Shown here: positions 1 through 8,896 of the stretch, in pieces
How the letters are laid out: every line of letters starts with the position of its first letter
How positions within the stretch are numbered: position 1 is the first letter of the stretch
Origin: Comamonadaceae bacterium
GTDB lineage: Bacteria > Pseudomonadota > Gammaproteobacteria > Burkholderiales > Burkholderiaceae_C
NCBI GenBank assembly: GCA_947380945.1
Contig: CANCTD010000001.1
Coordinates: 849 to 64,848 of the forward strand
Reading direction: 5' to 3'
DNA length: 64,000 bases
Notes under the pieces: generated by a model
Databases searched by the model: none
The model's input: only the letters and a program-made list of their open reading frames with translations
What the model was told of the DNA's origin: nothing
Made by a program: the position numbers and the translations under genes

Positions 1-2
1 TT

Positions 3-428
3 GGCCAGCAGTCCGACCACACCACCCAGTACGCCCACACCCTGGGACGGGCTTTGCAGTTGACCAACATCATCCGCGACGTGGGCGAGGACGCACTGCG
101 CGGGCGCATTTACCTGCCGGTGGCGGAGCTGCAGCAATTTGACGTCAAAGCCCATGAACTGCTCAAACGCCAGTACTCAGAACGCTTTACGGCCTTGATG
201 CAGTATCAGGCACAGCGGGCCCACGCCCTGTACGACCAGGCCCTTGCCATCCTGCCTGATCTGGACAGGCGCAGCCAGAAACCGGGCTTGATGATGGCCA
301 GCATTTACCGCACCCTGCTGCTGGAAATCGAGGCCGCGCAGTTTCAGGTGCTGCACCAGCGTATCCGTTTGACGCCCGTGCGCAAGCTGTGGCTGGCCTG
401 GCGGGTGCAGGCATTGGGACGGATGTAG
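3..428 (+). CDS. hpnD: Presqualene diphosphate synthase HpnD (5'-truncated by window edge)
   Basis: Squalene/phytoene synthase motif QLTNIIRDVGED..GRIYLP; open from the window edge; directly upstream of an hpnE-like gene. Confidence 0.85.
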   Translation, partial: GQQSDHTTQYAHTLGRALQLTNIIRDVGEDALRGRIYLPVAELQQFDVKAHELLKRQYSERFTALMQYQAQRAHALYDQALAILPDLDRRSQKPGLMMASIYRTLLLEIEAAQFQVLHQRIRLTPVRKLWLAWRVQALGRM

Positions 429-438
429 GCACGCCGCT

Positions 439-1836
439 GTGTTGAAGTCCGGGTACAAAAATATCGCCGTCGTCGGTGCCGGTTGGGCGGGCATTGCTGC
501 GGCCGTCGATGTTTGCCGCAACGGCCACCAGGTCACGCTGATGGAAGCCAGCCGCATCCTGGGCGGCCGCGCCCGCGCCCTGCCCGCCCGGCCGCACCCC
601 GAACCGATGGCGCAGGACGCCTCGCTCACCCTGGACAACGGCCAGCACATTTTGCTCGGTGGCTACGCCCAAACCCTGCGACTCATGGAGGCGGTCGGGA
701 TTGACACGGCCGCTGCATTTTTGCGGCTGCCTCTGGACTTGCGCGACGCGCAAGGCCTGGGACTTGCGCTACCGGCGTTTGATCGCCCGTGGAACCTTCT
801 GGCGGGCTTGGCCATGGCGCGCGGCTGGACACTGGGCGACAAGCGCGCGCTGCTGGACCAGATGCGGGACTGGCGCAAAAAAGGCTTTTTGTGCGCGCCG
901 GGTCGCAGCGTCTCGGACATCTGCAGCGCTTTGCCACCGGTTATCCGCCGCAGCCTGATGGATCCTCTGTGCGTCTCTGCTTTGAACACCCTCCCCTTCA
1001 AAGCCAGCGGCCAGGTTTTCTTGCGGGTTTTGCATGATGCGCTGATGGGGGAAAACGGCCGCCGCAGCAAACAGGCTTTCGCCAGCTCGGATGTACTGCT
1101 GCCCCAGCGCGATCTGAGCCAGTTATTGCCCGACCGCGCGGCCCGCTGGCTGGAACAACGCGGCGCGCGGGTGCTGCGCCAGCACCGGGTCGAGCGCGTG
1201 GCCTGGAATGCCGGGCGCTGGGACCTGGTCAACGCGCATAGCGAGCGCAACACTTTTGACGCCGTCATTTGGGCGACCGCACCAGAACACGCTTTGCAGA
1301 CCATACGCCACAGTGCCGCTGAGGCACCACCCAATGTCGCGGCCCACTATGCGCGCTGGTGTGCCGCCGCTGAGAAATTGCGCTATGAATCCATTGCAAC
1401 CGTCTACACCTACGCGACCCATGCCGCGCTGCCACGGCCCATGTTGCGCCTCAACCATGCCCATGGCGCACCGGCCCAATTCGTCGTGGACCGCGGTGCT
1501 ATCGGAACCCCTGGACTGTGGGCATTTGTACTGAGCGCTGCGCGGGGTGAAAAAAGCCTGCTCGAGTTCCAGGTACTGAACCAGGCGCGCACCGAGCTGG
1601 CCGATTTTCTGGGTGGATCCGACATCGCCGTGTTGCAAACCGTGATCGAAAAGCGCGCCACCTTTGCCTGCACTGCGGGCCTCAAACGACCCGGACCGCG
1701 CATCGCTCCGGGCTTGCTGGCCTGCGGCGATTACACCTATGCGCCCTATCCCGCAACCTTAGAGGGCGCAGTGCGCAGCGGTCAGATGGCGGCGATGGCC
1801 GTGGAGGATCTGGGCGGGTTCAAGTGGAAAGACTAA
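439..1836 (+). CDS. hpnE: Hydroxysqualene dehydroxylase HpnE (FAD-dependent)
   Basis: GAGWAG FAD-binding motif, LDNGQHILLG, C-terminal GDYT..YPATLEGAVRSG; follows hpnD. Confidence 0.88.
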   Translation: MLKSGYKNIAVVGAGWAGIAAAVDVCRNGHQVTLMEASRILGGRARALPARPHPEPMAQDASLTLDNGQHILLGGYAQTLRLMEAVGIDTAAAFLRLPLDLRDAQGLGLALPAFDRPWNLLAGLAMARGWTLGDKRALLDQMRDWRKKGFLCAPGRSVSDICSALPPVIRRSLMDPLCVSALNTLPFKASGQVFLRVLHDALMGENGRRSKQAFASSDVLLPQRDLSQLLPDRAARWLEQRGARVLRQHRVERVAWNAGRWDLVNAHSERNTFDAVIWATAPEHALQTIRHSAAEAPPNVAAHYARWCAAAEKLRYESIATVYTYATHAALPRPMLRLNHAHGAPAQFVVDRGAIGTPGLWAFVLSAARGEKSLLEFQVLNQARTELADFLGGSDIAVLQTVIEKRATFACTAGLKRPGPRIAPGLLACGDYTYAPYPATLEGAVRSGQMAAMAVEDLGGFKWKD

Positions 1837-1865
1837 GAGCGCAAGCGTGATTGACAAGGCCCATG

Positions 1866-1901
1866 AAAAAGGCCGTTTGCTGCACTACAACAAACGGCCT
1901 T
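1866..1901 (-). terminator. Intrinsic terminator, probably the original host tRNA-Pro terminator displaced by integration
   Basis: AAGGCCGTTTG-N11-CAAACGGCCTT stem with U-tract on the minus strand, just beyond the duplicated tRNA 3' end. Confidence 0.7.
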
Positions 1902-1912
1902 GAACTGTGAAT

Positions 1913-1925
1913 TGGTCGTGTGAAA
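1913..1925 (-). repeat. Distal att core: copy of the tRNA-Pro 3' end with a 1-nt deletion
   Basis: TGGTCGTGTGAAA versus TGGTCGGTGTGAAA at 13340-13353. Confidence 0.8.
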
Positions 1926-1988
1926 CCTCTCGAAAAATAGCTTTAAGCCTTTGAAAATAAACGATTTTTTATTAAAAAAATCTATTTC

Positions 1989-2012
1989 GTTCCCCGGTTT
2001 GTTCCCCGGTTT
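1989..2012. repeat. Two tandem 12-bp GTTCCCCGGTTT repeats; putative integrase arm-type sites
   Basis: The same 12-mer recurs at the other island end (13163-13229). Confidence 0.8.
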
Positions 2013-2099
2013 TTGCTTTGCTACCCCTCTATCGCTAAGCTTTCATCCTCGCGCGAGGCACTTGAAAAATACCTAGAGATTTGGGGGAATGCCAGCCAA

Positions 2100-5000
2100 T
2101 CAGGACAACCATTTGTCAAGATAAGCCTGCTTGGCAATTTGTAACCGTTCCAGTTTTACTTGCTGTCGCTGCTTTTCAGCTTCAATATCGGTGGCCATTT
2201 TGCTCAGTTTCTTGACTTGGGAGCCGACATCGGGAACGGGAATCAGCATGACCTCACCGGGTTTGATGCGGGGCAGGCTGACGCCGCCCGTTTTTGCCTT
2301 GGCCTCTTCTACAAAGGTAGGGGCAAGCAACAAGTATTTCAGCAGCGTCGCTGGGATGCGCGGTTTGAGAACCAGAATTTCGGTGGAGCAGACACCATCG
2401 AAATCAGCAATCCAGACTTTGTTTAGGTAGGGGCGAAGTTTGCCGTACAACACGTCACCCTTGCGAAAGACATTCTTTGTGCTCTTAATCGTCGCGCCCT
2501 TGCACGGGCCAGTCCAGGTGCTTTCGCCAGTGCCTTCGGTGATGTGCTCAAGTCCGAGATAGTTGAAATCGGCGCTAGGTGCGTTGCCCGGATCGACACG
2601 TTCGCCCGACAGCGTACAGAAATCCCCAAGTGGACGACGTGTAGAGATAGCCAGCATCGCGGTGAAAAGTGGCTGCGCTATAGTTTGCACCCGCACCTTA
2701 CGGGCAGCCTCCAAAGATTCATATTTGCCTAGATGGCTGGCTACTGCCTGTTGTAAGGCGAGCGGCAATAGCGGGATGGTCACGTCACTGACTCGATCAA
2801 TATTCAAATTCTTGACGACTGGCCCCATCGCCTGTTCTGTAAACTGACTTTGTGAATGCTCACTTGACAGTACGTAGTACAGGTAGTCCCTGTCAATGTC
2901 AGACCGAATTTCGGATAAAACAAGCCATCCGTCATGAACACAACCGTTGATCTTTAGGATGTACGGCCTGCCAAAACTCATCGAATTTGAAATAATAAAG
3001 TCATCCGGCTGCACGGACTTGGACTTCTCCGCGCCGCTCATGGTGATCATCTCCGATGTGCTTTCTATGTATTTAGCTCCCGGCTTTACGTCGCCGATCT
3101 TTATCCAGTTGACACCATCAAGCGCCTTTGTGATGAAGCGATCTATTGGGCGAGGTGATGCGCCTCTCGAAATTTTTGCTGCATCGCTTAGTCGTATTAA
3201 CGGCCATCGCGTACTACGGGCTTTTTTTTTAACGCTTGTACCAATCGCTTTGTCGAAACGAACCTGATCAAAGCCTAACAAATCAGTCAGTGAAACGACA
3301 TTCACATAGTCGGTCAATTCTGTTGGCACGACTGGTGTTTCTCCAAGAAAGTTTTGGCGAATGAGGGTATTGATCTTGTTGGGGTCTGAGTCGTTGGTTT
3401 CGGAGTAGAGCGCCGTTTCAATTTGCCCAGACCCGGAAAGAATCTTTAGCCCTTCCGAGCCCTTTCGATTACTGAACTCGTAACCGAGAAACGCCTTTTC
3501 AGCGTTTTTGTCTGTTGGTGAATTGATCAGTACAACGCGCTGGTCGTTAACGAGGAAAAAGGTCAACATCTTTTCACCCTCTCGCCCACGGGCCCACACA
3601 CGGAACCGACTCTCCAACTGTACTGCTTGCTCTATCCTCGGCAGTGCCTTGAACTTCCTGTTTTTCTCGCGTAGCGCGCGAATCTCTGTCAGTTCGTCAA
3701 ACGCCTGGCGGTAGCTTGAAAGCAGAGTGTGTGCTGGCGCATGGGGATCTCCCCGCAGCAATGCCGAGAAAGTAGCAAGATCAACATTCCACACACTGCG
3801 GGCATAGAGTGCAAAAGCGTCTTCCTGTCCGGCTACGGTCATATCCCGCCAATCGCCGAAGTAGCTTTCTACCAGGCTGGCAATTCGCGCGTGTTCATCG
3901 TTCGCGCGCCTTTGCATGAACAGAATGACTGTATTCGTGCCGGTCGCCATGAAGGTGCCGCTGCCCATCACGGCAATGGCTTTGATTTGAAAATAGCGCA
4001 GCAATATGTCCCGTGCCGCTTCGTAGACACCACCGTTGGACAGAATGCTGGTTGGTAGCAAAAGACCGGTTACGCCACCGGGCTTGAGCACCTGTTTAGC
4101 CCGTTCTACAAACAGGCATTCAATCTCGCTGCTGGCATCAGTTAAGCGCGGCCAGAGGGTAAAAGATTTTTCTCCATGGCGAATGGTCTTTTTGCAGGCA
4201 CCTACGGAGTAAGGTGGGTTGGCCGCCACCACATCGAATTGCGGGTTGTCGCGTTCGCCGTCCGGCAGTGCTGTGTTGCGCAACCTTCCGGTGTACTCTT
4301 GGCTCAAGGCAAAGTTGTCCAACCCATCACCCAGGATCATGTTGGCTTCACCATCACCGTTCAAAAAGCAACTGACCTTCGCGGTCTTTGCCAGCCGGTA
4401 GTCCTTTTCAATGCCATAGACGAACTCATTGGCCCAGGCGTACTCTTCACGCCATTTGCGAAGGTTGCCCTTAAGCGCAGTTCGCATTTTGCTGCCGTCA
4501 ATGGTCTTAACGATGCGGTCAATTCGGTCCATGCCTTCAGTCATGAAATGCCCGCTGCCCGAGGCGTAATCCAAAAAGTAGGGCAGGAAGTTGGCATCGT
4601 TGGCCTTAATCTTGGCGGCAATGATGGCGCGCAATGGCAGGCTATCAATTAGGAACCGTGCAATAGGTATCGGGGTGAAAAATTGCCCGGCTTCCTGCTT
4701 GACGCTGGTGTTAAGCAGCAGCTCAAAAAAGTCACCCAAAAATTGCTGCTTGGAGGCATAGCGAAGCTTCTTGCCATGCAAAAGCCGGACTACTTCGCGC
4801 ACGATCTCTGCATTCGCGTTGAACGTTTTCTCGTCGAATACTTCTTTGAACGCGAATTCATTGTTCTTGAAGAGACGTAGCTCGGTGAAGATCGTATGCA
4901 GCGCCTGCCGGTCGGACTCTGTAACTGTGACCAGCAAGCGGCGGTCAATTTCGGCCTCGGAGTGGTCGGCGATCTCCATGCGCAGGTATTGGCTCATGCC

Positions 5001-5891
5001 CGCCTTGTAAAGGTCATTCAACCGGCTCAGGACGGTCTTTGCCGATTCACCGGCCTGCCATTGAAAATCCAGAGGTTCGTCGGCCTGCTTTTCTTCGTCC
5101 TGCACTTTGCAGATGAAAAGATTGAAAATCTTATTGAACGCATTGGGCTTGTCGGAAACGACGTACCGCCGCAGAATTTCAGCAAAGGCGTTGAATATGC
5201 GTCCACCGTCTTCCTGCTTCATGTCAACCAGATCGGCTTTGGTAAGACGCCGTTCTTGAATCTGATAGGGCTTGCCGTCAAATGCGCCGACTTCAAAACA
5301 TGACTTGTCCCATGACTCGAAAAGTTCGGCTACGGAATCACCCTCAAAAAACGAGGTATCGACCGCGCAGACTTTGGACTCGATGGCACTGGCAGAAAGC
5401 CGCGACGTATATAGGGCAATGAACTTTGCTGAACTGTCCTGTTGAAAGTAGCTCAACAACTGCCCCCCATCGTTGAATAGCTGGGTTTTTTCTTTCTCGA
5501 ACTCCGCACCCCATGTTTTGCATTCGACCATCAGGTAAGGCCTACCCTCCTGCAAAACGACTATATCTAGATAGCCGCCGGTATGGCCGAGTCGATATTC
5601 CTTTTCCAGAACAAGAGAATCCGGTGTGTAGCCCTGTGCCAGCAAGCGGTCAACGCATTCGAGCACAACCAGCGATTCGGATTGAGAGAGGTTTTGTGTT
5701 GATGTCCGGCCAGCGTTGCTTTTAATTGCGCTGCCGTAATCGATACGGCAATCGGCTGCTGTCCTGCCAAGCGCGATGCTGATGCTGTGCTTAAACGCCG
5801 AATAGGTCTTTGACCATTGCCCGCTTTTGCCGTCAACAGGTGCAAAACCCATAGCCTGCAAGGTGTTCTTGATTGTGTCGATGGATGCCAT
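2100..5891 (-). CDS. Single-chain restriction-modification enzyme (endonuclease + N6-adenine methyltransferase + two-TRD specificity domain), Type IIB/IIG-like
   Basis: N-terminal PD-(D/E)xK-like LEKEY..YLDIVV..MVECKTWG; MTase motifs GQFFTP, DYASGSGHF, NPPY; two HsdS-like TRDs (WPLIRLSDAAKISRGASPRPI; RRPLGDFCTLSGERVDP) each followed by a helical region; no helicase motifs. Confidence 0.9.
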   Translation of the reverse strand: MASIDTIKNTLQAMGFAPVDGKSGQWSKTYSAFKHSISIALGRTAADCRIDYGSAIKSNAGRTSTQNLSQSESLVVLECVDRLLAQGYTPDSLVLEKEYRLGHTGGYLDIVVLQEGRPYLMVECKTWGAEFEKEKTQLFNDGGQLLSYFQQDSSAKFIALYTSRLSASAIESKVCAVDTSFFEGDSVAELFESWDKSCFEVGAFDGKPYQIQERRLTKADLVDMKQEDGGRIFNAFAEILRRYVVSDKPNAFNKIFNLFICKVQDEEKQADEPLDFQWQAGESAKTVLSRLNDLYKAGMSQYLRMEIADHSEAEIDRRLLVTVTESDRQALHTIFTELRLFKNNEFAFKEVFDEKTFNANAEIVREVVRLLHGKKLRYASKQQFLGDFFELLLNTSVKQEAGQFFTPIPIARFLIDSLPLRAIIAAKIKANDANFLPYFLDYASGSGHFMTEGMDRIDRIVKTIDGSKMRTALKGNLRKWREEYAWANEFVYGIEKDYRLAKTAKVSCFLNGDGEANMILGDGLDNFALSQEYTGRLRNTALPDGERDNPQFDVVAANPPYSVGACKKTIRHGEKSFTLWPRLTDASSEIECLFVERAKQVLKPGGVTGLLLPTSILSNGGVYEAARDILLRYFQIKAIAVMGSGTFMATGTNTVILFMQRRANDEHARIASLVESYFGDWRDMTVAGQEDAFALYARSVWNVDLATFSALLRGDPHAPAHTLLSSYRQAFDELTEIRALREKNRKFKALPRIEQAVQLESRFRVWARGREGEKMLTFFLVNDQRVVLINSPTDKNAEKAFLGYEFSNRKGSEGLKILSGSGQIETALYSETNDSDPNKINTLIRQNFLGETPVVPTELTDYVNVVSLTDLLGFDQVRFDKAIGTSVKKKARSTRWPLIRLSDAAKISRGASPRPIDRFITKALDGVNWIKIGDVKPGAKYIESTSEMITMSGAEKSKSVQPDDFIISNSMSFGRPYILKINGCVHDGWLVLSEIRSDIDRDYLYYVLSSEHSQSQFTEQAMGPVVKNLNIDRVSDVTIPLLPLALQQAVASHLGKYESLEAARKVRVQTIAQPLFTAMLAISTRRPLGDFCTLSGERVDPGNAPSADFNYLGLEHITEGTGESTWTGPCKGATIKSTKNVFRKGDVLYGKLRPYLNKVWIADFDGVCSTEILVLKPRIPATLLKYLLLAPTFVEEAKAKTGGVSLPRIKPGEVMLIPVPDVGSQVKKLSKMATDIEAEKQRQQVKLERLQIAKQAYLDKWLS

Positions 5892-6167
5892 CGTTCATCT
5901 CACCTGGCTATCTTTGTTGTCTGCCGCTTGCAGCTGCGCTCCGCTTTGTGCCATTTTTTGCTTTACTTCTATTAGGACAAAAGGCTGTGTCTCCTGCTTG
6001 CCCAAATTAGCACCGCTCAGCCTTGAGCTTGATGCCCGCCAAAAACCCAATTGACAGCCCCATCTGAGCAGTCATCCGAAAAAAATCCTCATGAACCTGT
6101 TAATTCTTACGAGTTATTCCAAGTTTACTTGCAAAATATCGGTCTTTTTGCTCAAAAAAGGATCCAC

Positions 6168-7202
6168 ATGGCACACAACATCGGGCGTATGTTCTATTTC
6201 GGCGAAACACCTTGGCACGAGCTTGGCACCAAGCTCGACAAGCCAGCGACCCTGGAACAGGCTTTAAGCGCGGGTGGGCTGGACTGGACGGTGAGCATGC
6301 AGCCGCTGGTGCTGGCTGGGGAGCACCAGTCCGCAGTGCCACAGCGCCTGGCAATTGTCCGTAATGACGTGCTGCCCGGCCAACCCGGTCGGGTGCTGGG
6401 TGCAGTTCACCCAAACTTCAAAGTGCTGCAAAACCGCGACGGTGCTTCGTTGTTTGATTCATTGTTTGGCAAGGGCGCGGAGGTCTATCACACCGGCGGC
6501 TACCTAAAAAGGGGCGAAGTGGTCTGGCTAATGGCCAAACTGCCAAAGGGGATCGTCCTGCACGGCGAAGACAAGCTGGATACCTACCTGCTTTTCTCCA
6601 ACAGCCACGATGGCACATTGCCAATTGACATCCGTTTGACCACAGTGCGCGTCGTCTGCAACAACACCTTGACCCTTGCACTACGGAAGAAAAACCAGGC
6701 CCATGTTTTCCGCCGTGGTCACAGTGGCAACTACCAGGTCCTCAAAGCCGACGCTGAAGCATTCTTCAAGTCCATTTTGGCCCAGCAAGACGAAACGCAA
6801 GTGGTCATGGAAAAGCTGGTGCAGGCAGGGTGTAACGATGATGCCTTTGCCGCATTCTTAAAGCTGCTACTGCCTGACCCCACCCGGCCCGCCACAGCCA
6901 ACACGAACAAGGCAGTTGAGCGCGGGTTTGATACCCGGACCGCCACCATTACGGAACAGCGCGATCAAATCATGGCGGTACACCTAAACGGACATAAAGT
7001 AGCCGGTCAGTCAAACGTGGTTATTTCTCCAGCAGAAAAGACTTGGTGGGGTGGCTTGAACTCGATCACAGCATGGGTTGACCACGTCCGTGAAGTTGAT
7101 GGTGATCGCTATGCCAATGCCATCTTTGGCGGTGGGGATCGACTGAAAACGGTTGCGTATCAAAAAATACTGAATGAGGCCAGGGCATTTGAAAAGGTTT
7201 GA
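6168..7202 (+). CDS. DUF932 family phage/plasmid-like protein
   Basis: MAHN..ETPWHELG..AGGLDWTV, YLLFSNSHDG, TTVRVVCNNTL motifs; ATG at 6168 after an AAGGA SD preferred to the TTG at 6051. Confidence 0.85.
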   Translation: MAHNIGRMFYFGETPWHELGTKLDKPATLEQALSAGGLDWTVSMQPLVLAGEHQSAVPQRLAIVRNDVLPGQPGRVLGAVHPNFKVLQNRDGASLFDSLFGKGAEVYHTGGYLKRGEVVWLMAKLPKGIVLHGEDKLDTYLLFSNSHDGTLPIDIRLTTVRVVCNNTLTLALRKKNQAHVFRRGHSGNYQVLKADAEAFFKSILAQQDETQVVMEKLVQAGCNDDAFAAFLKLLLPDPTRPATANTNKAVERGFDTRTATITEQRDQIMAVHLNGHKVAGQSNVVISPAEKTWWGGLNSITAWVDHVREVDGDRYANAIFGGGDRLKTVAYQKILNEARAFEKV

Positions 7203-7259
7203 GCGGCGCTTCAATCGATGCACGGTCGCCAGCGCTGTACAACATTTGGAGATGACGGT

Positions 7260-7574
7260 ATGGCCGAGACAAACCCGACGACCATTTTTCTGACCAGCGA
7301 ACCAGAAAGCGCTTCGGTGCGGATTTATCAATGCCAAAAGAGATGGGAAGAATTGCAATCGTCAGGACGCGCAGGTGTGCGGTACTGCGACCACTGTCAC
7401 CAAAAAGTGCATCGCGTGGTCGATGCTGATGGTTTTGAGCGCTCTGTGGCCCGCGCGCAGTGCGTCATGGTTGCCGGGCTTGATCCTGTCGACAAGTCGC
7501 AGAAACTGTATGTGGGCAAACCGGGTGGGGTTAGTTATGCGGTGTATGCCGCGCTGCCCGTGCAGGACGACTGA
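7260..7574 (+). CDS. Small Cys/His-rich hypothetical protein (putative Zn-binding)
   Basis: CQKRWEEL..RYCDHCHQKVH..C pattern; GGAGA SD before ATG 7260; co-directional with the DUF932 gene. Confidence 0.65.
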   Translation: MAETNPTTIFLTSEPESASVRIYQCQKRWEELQSSGRAGVRYCDHCHQKVHRVVDADGFERSVARAQCVMVAGLDPVDKSQKLYVGKPGGVSYAVYAALPVQDD

Positions 7575-7973
7575 GTGCATTGATTCTGGTTGCACGGCAT
7601 GGCCCACAACTTCAGGTCGCTTGAGTTGCGCTTACCAGAGAGCGTCTTTGGCCTATCTGCCCGTCTACTGTGGGAGCATACCGAATTGGGTCAGATCAAT
7701 GTGCTCGGACATGCCACCAGCGGCCGACCAGGTCACAACGATCCCATTCCAAGTTTTTATCGGTTAGAATTTTTTTGCGTCCCCCATCACCGGGCAGCCC
7801 AGCCAATCGCGGCTGGAACGATTCGGTGATAAGGGCCGCTCAAATTTTTTTCGGTTTGAATTTTTCTAATTCCCGGTTTATTCTGAAGCGCCGTTTCGGG
7901 CAATTGCCGCCCGACCGATGTTGCAAAGATAGCCGGGAATCCTTTTTTGCGGTCAAAGTAGCGCATCAAACTG

Positions 7974-8543
7974 TCAAGCAGCACCCGCCGAAGAGATAAA
8001 TTGCGCACAAATCCGCCATTCGCCCATCGCCGGAACCGTTTGGCCACTTCCGGGGGACAAGCAGGTGAACCCAGCGCTCAGGTTTGCGCAGTCGCGGCAC
8101 TGCACCCTTACGGTTTGATTGGGGTTGTCGGGAGGGCTTATCTCTAGCAGTTGAGTCACTAGCCCTGGTGCTGCTTTCAAATTCACATCCGTGCCAAGAT
8201 ACCAACGGTTTTTAACGGAATCCGTAGGGTTTGGTTTGCGAACTCGCCCCCGACCACCTAACTTCCCGTTTTCCCCCGACTTCTGTTTACCAGCGTCACT
8301 TAAAGGTCCAGTCGATAAGCCTCCGTGCAGTTTGCAACGGCCAGATTCGTAAAGGTCTGTGCGACTACACGGTTGACCAGATCGGGTTTTGGCACCACAG
8401 GTCAAGTCGCGCAAGGCGGCCGGTAGAGGCGGATATGGGCGGTTCTTCGTCAAAGTCGTACTTTGAGTGTGCTCTCGATAGCCCTGCCAATAGTCCCGAT
8501 ATGCCTTCCGTAAGGAGGCATCCGAAATATTCTGATCGCTCAT
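7974..8543 (-). CDS. HGGxSTG domain protein with an extra C-terminal Cys4 cluster
   Basis: CGAKTRSGQPC..GRCKLHGGLSTGP; C-terminal CRDC..C..C; ATGA overlap with the upstream gene. Confidence 0.8.
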   Translation of the reverse strand: MSDQNISDASLRKAYRDYWQGYREHTQSTTLTKNRPYPPLPAALRDLTCGAKTRSGQPCSRTDLYESGRCKLHGGLSTGPLSDAGKQKSGENGKLGGRGRVRKPNPTDSVKNRWYLGTDVNLKAAPGLVTQLLEISPPDNPNQTVRVQCRDCANLSAGFTCLSPGSGQTVPAMGEWRICAQFISSAGAA

Positions 8544-8896
8544 GGTGCACCCTCAGAATAGGCCCGCCATAACGCCATGCCAGCACCACAGCGCAAACCA
8601 TATCGGCTGCCGCGCCCAGCGGCGATGCAAGTGGGGCAGCTGAAATGGTGGGCTTGGTAGGCGGCATCCAGCACGCTCCAACTGGCGAGCTCCGGGACTG
8701 CGGCCTCGGCCTGGACATGGGCTGGGCCTGCGGGCTCAGCGCGGAGCGCATTTACCAATGCCGCCCGGTGCTGACGTAACCGATCCAGCCAGAGCGTTAC
8801 GGATTGGCGGGGCCCGCATGCCTTGACTTTCCCGCCCACCAAGCGAAGCGCAACGCCCGATTCCTGCGCCTGGCGGATCAGTGCTTGCGGGCTCAC
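8540..8896 (-). CDS. Hypothetical satellite protein (TubC N-terminal docking-like domain + HHxxCxxC..C cluster)
   Basis: Translationally coupled (ATGA overlaps) between the helicase and HGGxSTG genes; GVALRLVGGKVKACGP..LRQHRAALVNAL pattern; HHFSCPTC..RC. Confidence 0.7.
   Translation of the reverse strand: MSPQALIRQAQESGVALRLVGGKVKACGPRQSVTLWLDRLRQHRAALVNALRAEPAGPAHVQAEAAVPELASWSVLDAAYQAHHFSCPTCIAAGRGSRYGLRCGAGMALWRAYSEGAP

Noticed and set aside
6051-6080. TTGACA as the -35 box of the DUF932 gene
   Set aside because: No acceptable -10 hexamer 16-18 bp downstream.
7590-7829. 79-aa ORF beginning MAHN like the DUF932 protein
   Set aside because: No convincing SD, no further similarity, and it runs into the hairpin region. 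Not supportable as a gene or a duplication.
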